Of a stretch of DNA of 64,000 nucleotides, positions 11,887 to 20,127 are shown piece by piece. Origin of the DNA: a virus; IMG/VR virus record IMGVR_UViG_3300018031_000005, positions 1-64,000 of that record; one strand, given 5' to 3'. Numbering within the stretch: position 1 is the stretch's first letter; the number at the start of each line of letters is the position of its first letter. The translations under genes and the position numbers were made by a program. The notes beneath the pieces were generated by a model. The model did no database searches. It saw only the letters and a list, made by a program, of their open reading frames with translations, and was not told where the DNA came from.

Positions 11887-11996
11887 TGTCTGGCAGCGAT
11901 GACCAACACTAAACTGGCAAGTGTACATAGCCAATTAGGTTACGGTGAAACGCCGTAATCCTGCTCTATTCTAAAATCATGGAAAATACAGGCACA
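11887..11996 (+). ncRNA. 5S-rRNA-like RNA candidate (about 110 nt)
   Basis: Contains GTGAAACGCCGTA, identical to a 13-mer of E. coli 5S rRNA. It is preceded by CATAGCCAATTAG (compare CATGCCGAACTCAG) and the 5' end reads TGTCTGGCAGC (compare TGCCTGGCGGC). Folds by hand into a three-way junction, but the 3' domain is short and AU-rich. Confidence 0.35.
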
Positions 11997-12058
11997 AAAT
12001 ATAGATTTGGGATATGCGGTATAGTATATTGTTTTAAAATAATTTGAGGTATATTAAA

Positions 12059-12373
12059 ATGTTGACTATTTACATTCTTGTTGGTTTATCTTTATCGTTG
12101 AATATGATTCTTTTTATTATTATTAATTACTTTAGAAAAAATGTTTTATTGGTTAGCTCTGGATTTATTAATTTAATCAGGGAAGTAAATAGCAGTGCAG
12201 TTAAGATGAACCAAGCCGTACTTGATATTTGTAAAATACAAAGTGAGACTTTAATTAAACATCAACTCGCATTAGAATATTTCAATTCTGCGATTTTTCC
12301 GCTTGTACCGCCCAACGATTCACCGCCCAACGATTCAGATGAAACCGATACATTGGGCAATATTATAAAATAA
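12059..12373 (+). CDS. membrane protein, hypothetical
   Basis: ORF 12044..12373 trimmed from TTG to ATG 12059 (GAGG upstream). N-terminal TM segment. PPNDSPPNDS arises from a 15-bp tandem duplication. Confidence 0.5.
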   Translation: MLTIYILVGLSLSLNMILFIIINYFRKNVLLVSSGFINLIREVNSSAVKMNQAVLDICKIQSETLIKHQLALEYFNSAIFPLVPPNDSPPNDSDETDTLGNIIK

Positions 12374-12388
12374 TGATAGGAGATAGAA

Positions 12389-12673
12389 ATGGCAGATAAT
12401 CGCAAAATACTTATAGTAAACAAAGAAGATAAAACAACTGAAATTTCTTCTGATGATGAAATAATTTGGCAAGGTTATATAGAGGATGCAGATACATTAG
12501 AAGAGATTTTAAGTTCTCTTGATTTTGAAGTTGAAAGAATTGATCATAGTATGAGTGGAGATATGACAAATAAGCCCGAAATACCAGAAGATAATTATTA
12601 TGAATTAGATTCTTTTTATCAAGATAATGACTTAGATGATGATGCGCAAGACCATATTGAAGCATCAACCTAG
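12389..12673 (+). CDS. highly acidic small protein (94 aa)
   Basis: ORF track; about one third Asp/Glu; AGGAGATAGAA upstream. Confidence 0.55.
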   Translation: MADNRKILIVNKEDKTTEISSDDEIIWQGYIEDADTLEEILSSLDFEVERIDHSMSGDMTNKPEIPEDNYYELDSFYQDNDLDDDAQDHIEAST

Positions 12674-12685
12674 GAGATTAATTGA

Positions 12686-12928
12686 ATGATTATTTATGTC
12701 ACAAAGTCTGAATATGATAAAATTACTAAAATATGCATTGACTTTCCTAATAATGAATTTAAGATAGCTGAAGCTTTTAAGCAAGTTTTGGGTCAAGACG
12801 TTTATAATTGTATGATATCTGTTTTAAGAGTTAAATTAATTACTGTAAAAGATCCCCCATGTGGTCTTACTCGTGTAGAAATAGAAAAAGGAGAAAGTCT
12901 TTTTCCCGTAGATTCATTAACTTTTTAA
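12686..12928 (+). CDS. hypothetical protein (80 aa)
   Basis: ORF track; AGGAG upstream. Confidence 0.5.
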   Translation: MIIYVTKSEYDKITKICIDFPNNEFKIAEAFKQVLGQDVYNCMISVLRVKLITVKDPPCGLTRVEIEKGESLFPVDSLTF

Positions 12929-13023
12929 TTATTGATCATACATCCTTGTTTCACTTTTCATTATAACGTATTAATTAATATGGGAAATATAATTTTTAAG
13001 TGAGCAAAGGAGTTTGAATTTAA

Positions 13024-13773
13024 ATGCCAAGACGCAATCAAAGAAGGCGTAATTACAAAAAATATAACGAAAAAAATGAGATTATTGAGAATAAAGAAAA
13101 GATTAATGAAGAGTGCAAAATTTGGGTTAAATCAGTCCAGCCTAAAACTTTAAAACAAAAAGAATACCTAGAAGCAATTTATAATAAAGATGTAATATTT
13201 TGCATTGGTCCAGCCGGAACTGGCAAGACATTCTTAGCTTGCCATGTTGCTGCTAATTTTTTAGTTGAAGATCGTGTTGATAGCATCATATTATGTCGTC
13301 CTGCTGTTGAAGCTGGCGAGAAATTAGGATTCTTGCCAGGTAATTTAGAAGAAAAACTTAATCCGTATTTACGTCCACTTTATGATGCGCTTAATCATAT
13401 GTTAAGCAAAAAAGTGGTTAATCAAATGATTGATGAAGGTGTTATTGAAGTTGTACCCCTTGCTTATATGCGTGGTAGAACACTAAACAATGCTTTTGTT
13501 ATATTGGATGAAGCTCAAAATACTACGCCAACACAAATGAAGATGTTTCTTACTAGAATGGGCGATTATTCTAAATTTCTTGTTAATGGGGATATTACTC
13601 AGACAGATTTAGATGATGGTAAATATTCTGGTCTTGTAGATGCCAGAAATAGATTGAAGAATATAGAAGGAATTGCTTGGATAGAATTAGGCAAAGAAGA
13701 TATTGTGCGACATCCAATTGTCCAAAAAATTGTTGATGCCTATATTGAAGCCGGCACAATAATTTTGCCTTGA
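13024..13773 (+). CDS. phoH: PhoH-like ATPase
   Basis: Walker A GPAGTGKT, LDEAQN, and VRHPIVQKIVDAY at the C-terminus. Confidence 0.9.
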   Translation: MPRRNQRRRNYKKYNEKNEIIENKEKINEECKIWVKSVQPKTLKQKEYLEAIYNKDVIFCIGPAGTGKTFLACHVAANFLVEDRVDSIILCRPAVEAGEKLGFLPGNLEEKLNPYLRPLYDALNHMLSKKVVNQMIDEGVIEVVPLAYMRGRTLNNAFVILDEAQNTTPTQMKMFLTRMGDYSKFLVNGDITQTDLDDGKYSGLVDARNRLKNIEGIAWIELGKEDIVRHPIVQKIVDAYIEAGTIILP

Positions 13774-14372
13774 TTTCTTTTTTCTTTTACAATATCCCCT
13801 CGCCAAGGCTTAAAAATATTATTGTCTTCAAATAAAGTAGTTGGATAGATATTTGTTGGATGATAAATTAAACATCCTGGTCTATCTGGCCAAGCTTTTA
13901 TCATTGATTCAGACACTAATTCTGAGCAAAAATATTGTTCTCTATCATTAAATGGATTTTTACCTTTTCTCCACCATTTTATCCAAGGTAATGCAACTAA
14001 ATTTAATAATGCTGATCCTATCACGCCCTTGATTGCATATTTTTTACCCAGATGCTGAATAGCGTGAGCTTCCATAATTGCAGTTTTTTCTTGATCAAGA
14101 TTGAACGGTACTCTTAAAAATACTATTGTCATGGGATTTTCGATATATTTCTTTACAAAATTGCTTTTTTGAACACCGCCAGGTTGGGCCGCTTCAACAC
14201 ATTCATCTGGACCAGTAATTATGCCACAATGAGATATCGGAATTTTAGATGTATTTTCAAATCTAGTAAATAATGCTATTCCTTTAGAAATAAAACTATC
14301 AGTTTTAAATGAGAAAAAAATATAGCCAGCTTTATAATCTTCTTCAAATTTTGGATTGCGTAGATAATACAT
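13740..14372 (-). CDS. putative permuted papain-fold / NlpC-P60-like hydrolase
   Basis: SHCGII precedes FCSELV, so His comes before Cys, as in permuted papain-like hydrolases. One of only two minus-strand genes in the window. Confidence 0.4.
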   Translation of the reverse strand: MYYLRNPKFEEDYKAGYIFFSFKTDSFISKGIALFTRFENTSKIPISHCGIITGPDECVEAAQPGGVQKSNFVKKYIENPMTIVFLRVPFNLDQEKTAIMEAHAIQHLGKKYAIKGVIGSALLNLVALPWIKWWRKGKNPFNDREQYFCSELVSESMIKAWPDRPGCLIYHPTNIYPTTLFEDNNIFKPWRGDIVKEKRNQGKIIVPASI

Positions 14373-15127
14373 TAGATATAATTTCCATTTTTAACAATAT
14401 CTATTAATTTTGAGATAAGCCGTTGTTTTGTTATTTCAATTGGATGAATATCTTGTGCAGCTATACCTGTTAGTTGATAAATAGTACCCAAAGTAGCGTT
14501 AACATAATCAAATAAACCTGCTGGGTCGCCACTATTTGTTCCTTCTACACCATATTGGATATAATTTTCGGCAAGATTATCATTTTTTATATCTTGAACT
14601 ATCACATCAACTTCTGTTTTAGGTAATCTATTATATACTTCCATAGAAGCTTTTCTAAATCTAAGTTCACGGGCGGCGATTGAACTAAGGTGGAAATTAA
14701 GTCCTAATTGAACTTGTTCTTCTATAGTATAAATTTCGCTTCTTTTGCTTTGATTCACAGCAAACCAATTAGCAGCTATAGTTTTTTGATTAAGAGTTAA
14801 ATTATTCCAACCATTATTTGCTGCGAGATTTTTTATTTTTTCTCTAACATATTTATAATCTTTACCAGATAATTGTCCATATCTATTCCATGATTCAATT
14901 TTATTAACATCAACATAACCAGAAGTAGTTGCCCATTTTTGACCATCCCATTGATGAAATAATGGTCCTTCTGATGATCCTTTAATTTTTGGAGGAAATG
15001 GTGCTCCTAATATTACTTGCCAATGAGGCGCAATATTTGAAAATGTAAATCCTGTAAGAAGTAAATCACCAGTATTTACGTCTATTACAGCATTATATCC
15101 TGATAATCCAATTATTTCATTTGCCAT
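14372..15127 (-). CDS. hypothetical protein (251 aa)
   Basis: ORF track. Overlaps the downstream minus-strand gene by 1 nt at 14372 (stop codon/start codon). Confidence 0.6.
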   Translation of the reverse strand: MANEIIGLSGYNAVIDVNTGDLLLTGFTFSNIAPHWQVILGAPFPPKIKGSSEGPLFHQWDGQKWATTSGYVDVNKIESWNRYGQLSGKDYKYVREKIKNLAANNGWNNLTLNQKTIAANWFAVNQSKRSEIYTIEEQVQLGLNFHLSSIAARELRFRKASMEVYNRLPKTEVDVIVQDIKNDNLAENYIQYGVEGTNSGDPAGLFDYVNATLGTIYQLTGIAAQDIHPIEITKQRLISKLIDIVKNGNYI

Positions 15128-15254
15128 GATTTTTAATCCTCATTAAGTACTATATCATAGTATACGACTTATGAATATTAAATTTTATGAAAAAAAATCT
15201 TGTATTTGATAGAATTTATTATGGTAATGTAGGAAATTATAAGGATATCGCAAA

Positions 15255-16124
15255 ATGAAGCAGTATTTAGACTTACTTCAATATATCTTGTCTAACGGAA
15301 CTAAAAAAGAAAACAGAACCGGAGTTTCAACTATTTCTACGTTTGCTTATCCTATTAGACACGATATGAGTGAAGGCTTTCCTTTATTAACTACTAAAAA
15401 AATTAAGTGGGAAAATATTTTATTTGAAAATCTTTGGTTTTTGTGTGGCAATTCTAGTTGGGGCTTTCTTCACAAACATGGTATAACTTTTTGGGATGCT
15501 TGGGATGAAGGCGATGGACAATTACCAGAAGCGTATGGAGAGTATTGGAGAAAATATCCTCACTTTGATTGGGTTGATTGTGGAACGACGTATCCATCAA
15601 AATGTTTTGATCAATTTAAAGCTATAATTGACGGCCTAAAGAAAAATAAAGATAATCGTAGATTAGTTTTAACTAATTGGTATCCACCGATGGCTTTTAA
15701 GTCCAAACTTCCTCCATGTCATCTTCTTTCTATTTTTAATACTCAATATGATAAGGATGGCAATCCGAGGTTGTGTTTACATATGACACAGCGTTCATGC
15801 GATGTTCCTGTGGGTGTTCCTTTCAATATTGCTGGCTATGGTTTTATTTTATCTCTTGTTTCACATTTAGTTGGAATTCCTTGTGGCGAACTTGTTATTA
15901 CTTTAGTTGACGCACATGTTTATGTTAATCAATTAGATGGTGTTAATGAACAATTAAAGCGAGTTCCTTCGGCGCTGTCTAAATTATCAATAAGTTCTGA
16001 TATCAAAAATTTGAATGATATTGATTCACTAATTAAAGACGGAACTACTGAAGATATAATAAATACATTTAAGATTGTTGATTATAATCCTCAGCCGTTT
16101 ATTAAATTGCCGGTAATGGTATAA
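15255..16124 (+). CDS. thyA: thymidylate synthase
   Basis: MKQYLDLLQYIL, NRTG, LPPCH, QRSCDVPVGVPFNIA motifs. Confidence 0.9.
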   Translation: MKQYLDLLQYILSNGTKKENRTGVSTISTFAYPIRHDMSEGFPLLTTKKIKWENILFENLWFLCGNSSWGFLHKHGITFWDAWDEGDGQLPEAYGEYWRKYPHFDWVDCGTTYPSKCFDQFKAIIDGLKKNKDNRRLVLTNWYPPMAFKSKLPPCHLLSIFNTQYDKDGNPRLCLHMTQRSCDVPVGVPFNIAGYGFILSLVSHLVGIPCGELVITLVDAHVYVNQLDGVNEQLKRVPSALSKLSISSDIKNLNDIDSLIKDGTTEDIINTFKIVDYNPQPFIKLPVMV

Positions 16125-16139
16125 CGGTAATAATATAAA

Positions 16140-16625
16140 ATGAACAATATAGAATTTGAATATCTAAAAACTCCACTAAATAAATATACATTTTCTATTA
16201 AACCTATAAGAGAATGGGTTGAAAAGAATTCAAATGGCAAAGTTTTAAATTTATTTGCTGGTAAAACTAAGCTTGCCTTAGATGAAGTAAGAGTAGATGC
16301 TGATAAAACAATGAATGCTGATTTTTATATAGATGCTTATGATTTTGTTAAGCAATGTAGTGATAAATTTGACACAATAATTTTAGATCCTCCATACGCA
16401 TATAGAAAGTCAATGGAAATGTATAATGGTCACAAGGCATCAAGATTTAATATGATAAAAGATTTGATTCCGAATATTTTAAATGTGGATGGTATTGTCA
16501 TTACTTTTGGCTACCATAGTGTTTCTATGGGAAGCAAAAGAGGTTTTGTACAGAAAAAAATATTGTTAATGTCCCATGGTGGCGCAATACATGATACTAT
16601 TGCTATTATTGAAAGGAAATTGTGA
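16140..16625 (+). CDS. small DNA methyltransferase (DPPY motif)
   Basis: FDTIILDPPYAY is catalytic motif IV of N6A/N4C methyltransferases. The TGA stop is directly followed by the DHFR ATG. Confidence 0.65.
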   Translation: MNNIEFEYLKTPLNKYTFSIKPIREWVEKNSNGKVLNLFAGKTKLALDEVRVDADKTMNADFYIDAYDFVKQCSDKFDTIILDPPYAYRKSMEMYNGHKASRFNMIKDLIPNILNVDGIVITFGYHSVSMGSKRGFVQKKILLMSHGGAIHDTIAIIERKL

Positions 16626-17150
16626 ATGATTAGAATAATCGCCGCTATATCTCTTGATCGTGCCATTGGTTATTATCCAAATAAAAATAAAGCTGGACAA
16701 TTGCCGTGGGATAAAAATATGTCTGTTGGTGATTTGCATTATTTTAAAAATTTAACTAGTGGTAACGTTGTTATAATGGGGAGAAAGACCTATAATTCTA
16801 TTCCCGGTGGATTGCCAGAAAGACATAACATAGTTGTAACTCACAACATACCTTCACATAGTATCGGCAGTCAATTAAGTTGGGCAACTAGTATTGAAGA
16901 AGCAATAAAGATTGCTAAAATTAGAGAACCTGGTAAAGATATATTTATCATTGGTGGTTCAGAAATTTTTAGCCAAGCAATGATTTTTGCTAATGAAATT
17001 ATTTTGACAATAATTCCAATGAAGGCTTATGAGCAATTTGAAATTGATAAATTGGTTTATTTTCCTAATATTGCAAAAGGTTTTACAAGAATTTCAGCTT
17101 CACAACATCCTTATAACCCGGAACTTCGTATTATAAAATATAGAAGTTAA
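16626..17150 (+). CDS. folA: dihydrofolate reductase
   Basis: MIRIIAAISLDRAIG, VIMGRKTYNSIP, IFIIGGSEIF. Confidence 0.85.
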   Translation: MIRIIAAISLDRAIGYYPNKNKAGQLPWDKNMSVGDLHYFKNLTSGNVVIMGRKTYNSIPGGLPERHNIVVTHNIPSHSIGSQLSWATSIEEAIKIAKIREPGKDIFIIGGSEIFSQAMIFANEIILTIIPMKAYEQFEIDKLVYFPNIAKGFTRISASQHPYNPELRIIKYRS

Positions 17151-17172
17151 TTTTTTGAAGTTCGGCGAAAAT

Positions 17173-17508
17173 ATGGAGGTCGTGGTGTCTGAAGAAATTA
17201 ATTCTAATCACGAAGATAAATCGCCACATCAAAAACAAGAAGAGCAAGACTATTTATATAATCAAAAAGTTCTCTTAGAACAAATACTTCTTGAATTAAG
17301 TAATACCAAGATTAATATTTTTAATTTTTTTAAACTTTTAAAAATGTTTCAGAGATTAATGCTTATATTGGGCGGTAGTGTAACTTCTAGTATTTTCAAA
17401 CAAATAGAATTATCTAAAAATGATACCATTATTTGTGATATGGTAAAACATTTACATGATCAGGTAATAAATCTTAATGATAGAATAAAAAAAATAGAAA
17501 GTAAATAA
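17173..17508 (+). CDS. hypothetical coiled-coil protein
   Basis: ORF 17155..17508 trimmed from TTG to ATG 17173. Confidence 0.45.
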   Translation: MEVVVSEEINSNHEDKSPHQKQEEQDYLYNQKVLLEQILLELSNTKINIFNFFKLLKMFQRLMLILGGSVTSSIFKQIELSKNDTIICDMVKHLHDQVINLNDRIKKIESK

Positions 17509-18053
17509 TGAGAGTTTTGGTTGCTTGTGAATTTAGTGGTATTGTTAGAGATGCTTTTGTAAAAATGGGTCATAATGCAATTAGTTGTGATCTATTAACT
17601 ACTGAAAAGTCCGGTAATCATTATTGTGGGGATATAAGAGATATTTTGGATAAAGATTGGGATTTAATGATTGCACATCCGCCTTGTACTTATTTATGTG
17701 TTAGTGGCGCTAGGTGGTTTAACAAAAGACAAAAGGAACAACAAGATGCTATTGATTTTGTAAAAATGCTTATGAATGCATCAATAAATAAAATAGCAAT
17801 AGAAAATCCTATTGGTATTATTAGTACCAAAATAAGGAAACCAGATCAAATAATACAACCTTGGCAATTCGGACACGGAGAAACAAAAGCAACTTGTTTA
17901 TGGTTGAAAAATCTTCCTTTGCTTGTTCCTACTAATATTGTTACTGGCAGAATAAATAGAATACATAAAATGCTACCATCTAAAAATAGAGGTAAAATAA
18001 GAAGTATTACTTATCAAGGTATAGCGGATGCTATGGCGAAACAGTGGACATAA
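17508..18053 (+). CDS. short cytosine-C5 methyltransferase-like protein
   Basis: ACEFSG (motif I-like), HPPCTYL (PC motif IV-like), IENP (motif VI-like). Only 181 aa. Confidence 0.45.
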   Translation: MRVLVACEFSGIVRDAFVKMGHNAISCDLLTTEKSGNHYCGDIRDILDKDWDLMIAHPPCTYLCVSGARWFNKRQKEQQDAIDFVKMLMNASINKIAIENPIGIISTKIRKPDQIIQPWQFGHGETKATCLWLKNLPLLVPTNIVTGRINRIHKMLPSKNRGKIRSITYQGIADAMAKQWT

Positions 18054-18068
18054 TCAAGGAATATTTAT

Positions 18069-19085
18069 ATGAATAAAGTTGCACTTATAACAGGATGCAC
18101 TGGTCAAGATGGTGCTCTTTTATCTAAATTTCTTTTAGAAAAAGATTATAAAGTTATAGGAATGGCAAGAAGAACATCGTCGCCAACTGATTGGAGATTA
18201 AAAGAGTTAAATATTATTAATCATCCTAATTTTATTGTAGTTTCTGGTGATTTGACAGATCAAGCTTCATTAGATAGAATAATATCAGCACATTGCCCTT
18301 CTGAGATTTATAATTTAGCTGCTCAATCTTTTGTTGGTTTATCTTGGGATCTAGCTGAATCTACAATAGATATAACTGGCTTAGGAGCTGTTAGACTATT
18401 TGAGTCAGTTAGAAAAAATAAAAATTCTTGGTTTTCACCTAAAATATATCAAGCTTCTTCTAGCGAAATGTTTGGTGGAGCTAGTCGAATAGAACTTTTA
18501 AATGAAGAATCTAAATTTGAACCACGTTCGCCGTATGGTGCTGCCAAAATCCTTGCTCATAATATGGCAAAAGTTTATCGTGAATCTTATGATATGTTTA
18601 TTTCTTGCGGTATTCTTTTTAATCATGAATCCGAATATCGTGGTTTACAATTTGTTACCAGAAAAGTAACTCATGGCTTAGCAAATGTTTTATTTGGTAA
18701 ACAAGAATTTGTTCAATTAGGCAATTTAGATGCTTGTCGTGATTGGGGCTATGCTCAAGATTTTGTTCAGGCTATGTGGCAAATGCTTCAACAAGATAGT
18801 CCAGATGATTTTGTTATTGCTACGGGCAAAGCACATTCTATTAGAGACTTAGTAGAATTGGCTATTAGGTATGCTGGTCTAGGCGATAAATTAGATATAG
18901 ATAAATTTGTTAAAATAAATTCATTAGACAAAAGGCCGGCAGATGTTGGGTATTTATTGGGTGATGCTTCTAAGGCTAAAAATCTTCTTGGTTGGAGTCC
19001 TGTTGTTAATTTTAATCAAATGATAAAGAGAATGGTAGAAAAAGATATTGAAAGGGTTAAAAATAATGGCAAAGTTTTTGGATAA
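18069..19085 (+). CDS. gmd: GDP-mannose 4,6-dehydratase
   Basis: ALITGCTGQDGALLSKFLLEKDY, YQASSSEMFG, SPYGAAK, FNHESEYRG. Confidence 0.9.
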   Translation: MNKVALITGCTGQDGALLSKFLLEKDYKVIGMARRTSSPTDWRLKELNIINHPNFIVVSGDLTDQASLDRIISAHCPSEIYNLAAQSFVGLSWDLAESTIDITGLGAVRLFESVRKNKNSWFSPKIYQASSSEMFGGASRIELLNEESKFEPRSPYGAAKILAHNMAKVYRESYDMFISCGILFNHESEYRGLQFVTRKVTHGLANVLFGKQEFVQLGNLDACRDWGYAQDFVQAMWQMLQQDSPDDFVIATGKAHSIRDLVELAIRYAGLGDKLDIDKFVKINSLDKRPADVGYLLGDASKAKNLLGWSPVVNFNQMIKRMVEKDIERVKNNGKVFG

Positions 19086-20109
19086 AGAATTTTTTACTTT
19101 TGATGATGTTTTACTTGTTCCTCGTTTTTGTGAAATTACATCTAGATTAGATGTTTCATTTAAAACAAGATTAACCAAAAATATATATATTGATGCTCCA
19201 ATTATATCTGCCAATATGGATACTATTACTGAACTAGAAATGATGCAGGCTATGCATTCATTAGGATGTGTTGGCATTTTACATAGATTTATGGATTTAA
19301 ATAAGGCTTTTGAGCAACTTGGGGCTTTTGAGCATTCTCCTATGTGCGCCTCTATTGGAGTTAATGAAGATTCAAAAAATCGATTTGATGTTTTATTGGA
19401 TTGTGAAGTGGAAGTTGTTTGTATTGATGTTGCTCACGGTGATTCTAAAACTGTTTTAGACATGATTGAATATTGTAAACAAAAAAGTGAAAAAATTCAA
19501 ATTATTGCTGGAAATGTAGCAACGCCCCAGGCTACTCGTCGTTTAATTAATGCAGGAGCCGATGCTATAAAGGTTGGCATTGGTCCAGGTTCTTTATGTA
19601 CTACTAGAATAGTTACTGGCAATGGTGTACCACAACTTTCTGCTATTATTGAATGTTTTAATGAAGCTAGTTTTTTTAGAGTTCCAATTATTGCAGATGG
19701 CGGAATTCGTAATAGTGGAGATATAGTTAAAGCTCTCGCTGCTGGTGCTGAAACTGTTATGATAGGATCTTTATTAGCTGGAACAAGTGAAACTCCGGGT
19801 GAAGTTATTGAGGAAGTTGAGTATTATAGTTCAAATCCTAAAAAATATAAAAAATATCGTGGTATGGCTTCAAATGATGCTATGATTGGCTGGAAAGGTC
19901 GAGGTTATCATGCTGCTCCAGAAGGAGAATCTAAGTTGGTAGAATGTAAAGGTCCAGTAGAAAATATTATAAAAACATTATTATCAGGCATTCGTTCTGG
20001 AATGACTTATCAGGGCGCTAAAAATATTGAAGAATTAAGAAATCTTGCTACTTTCATAATAGTTTCTAATAATTCTGTTATAGAAAATCAACCTCATGGT
20101 AAAATGTGA
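19066..20109 (+). CDS. guaC: GMP reductase-like protein (IMPDH/GMPR family without CBS pair)
   Basis: ORF 19048..20109 trimmed to ATG 19066. FDDVLLVP, IISANMDT, VGIGPGSLCTTR, IADGGI, AAPEGE...GPVE. About 347 aa. Confidence 0.7.
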   Translation: MAKFLDKEFFTFDDVLLVPRFCEITSRLDVSFKTRLTKNIYIDAPIISANMDTITELEMMQAMHSLGCVGILHRFMDLNKAFEQLGAFEHSPMCASIGVNEDSKNRFDVLLDCEVEVVCIDVAHGDSKTVLDMIEYCKQKSEKIQIIAGNVATPQATRRLINAGADAIKVGIGPGSLCTTRIVTGNGVPQLSAIIECFNEASFFRVPIIADGGIRNSGDIVKALAAGAETVMIGSLLAGTSETPGEVIEEVEYYSSNPKKYKKYRGMASNDAMIGWKGRGYHAAPEGESKLVECKGPVENIIKTLLSGIRSGMTYQGAKNIEELRNLATFIIVSNNSVIENQPHGKM

Positions 20110-20127
20110 TTGATTTTGGAGTTAAAT

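Noticed and set aside
11941-11959. Local hairpin TTACGG-TGAAACG-CCGTAA as a stand-alone terminator or riboswitch element
   Set aside because: No T-run follows it. It overlaps the 5S-like 13-mer and is better treated as part of that candidate.
16140-17150. Methyltransferase-DHFR fusion through TGA 16623-16625 (and GuaC-like/RNR fusion through TGA 20107-20109)
   Set aside because: The downstream proteins start with their normal N-termini at an ATG with its own context (MIRIIAAISLDRAIG; MPFQFPD after GGAG). The in-frame adjacency reflects tight packing.
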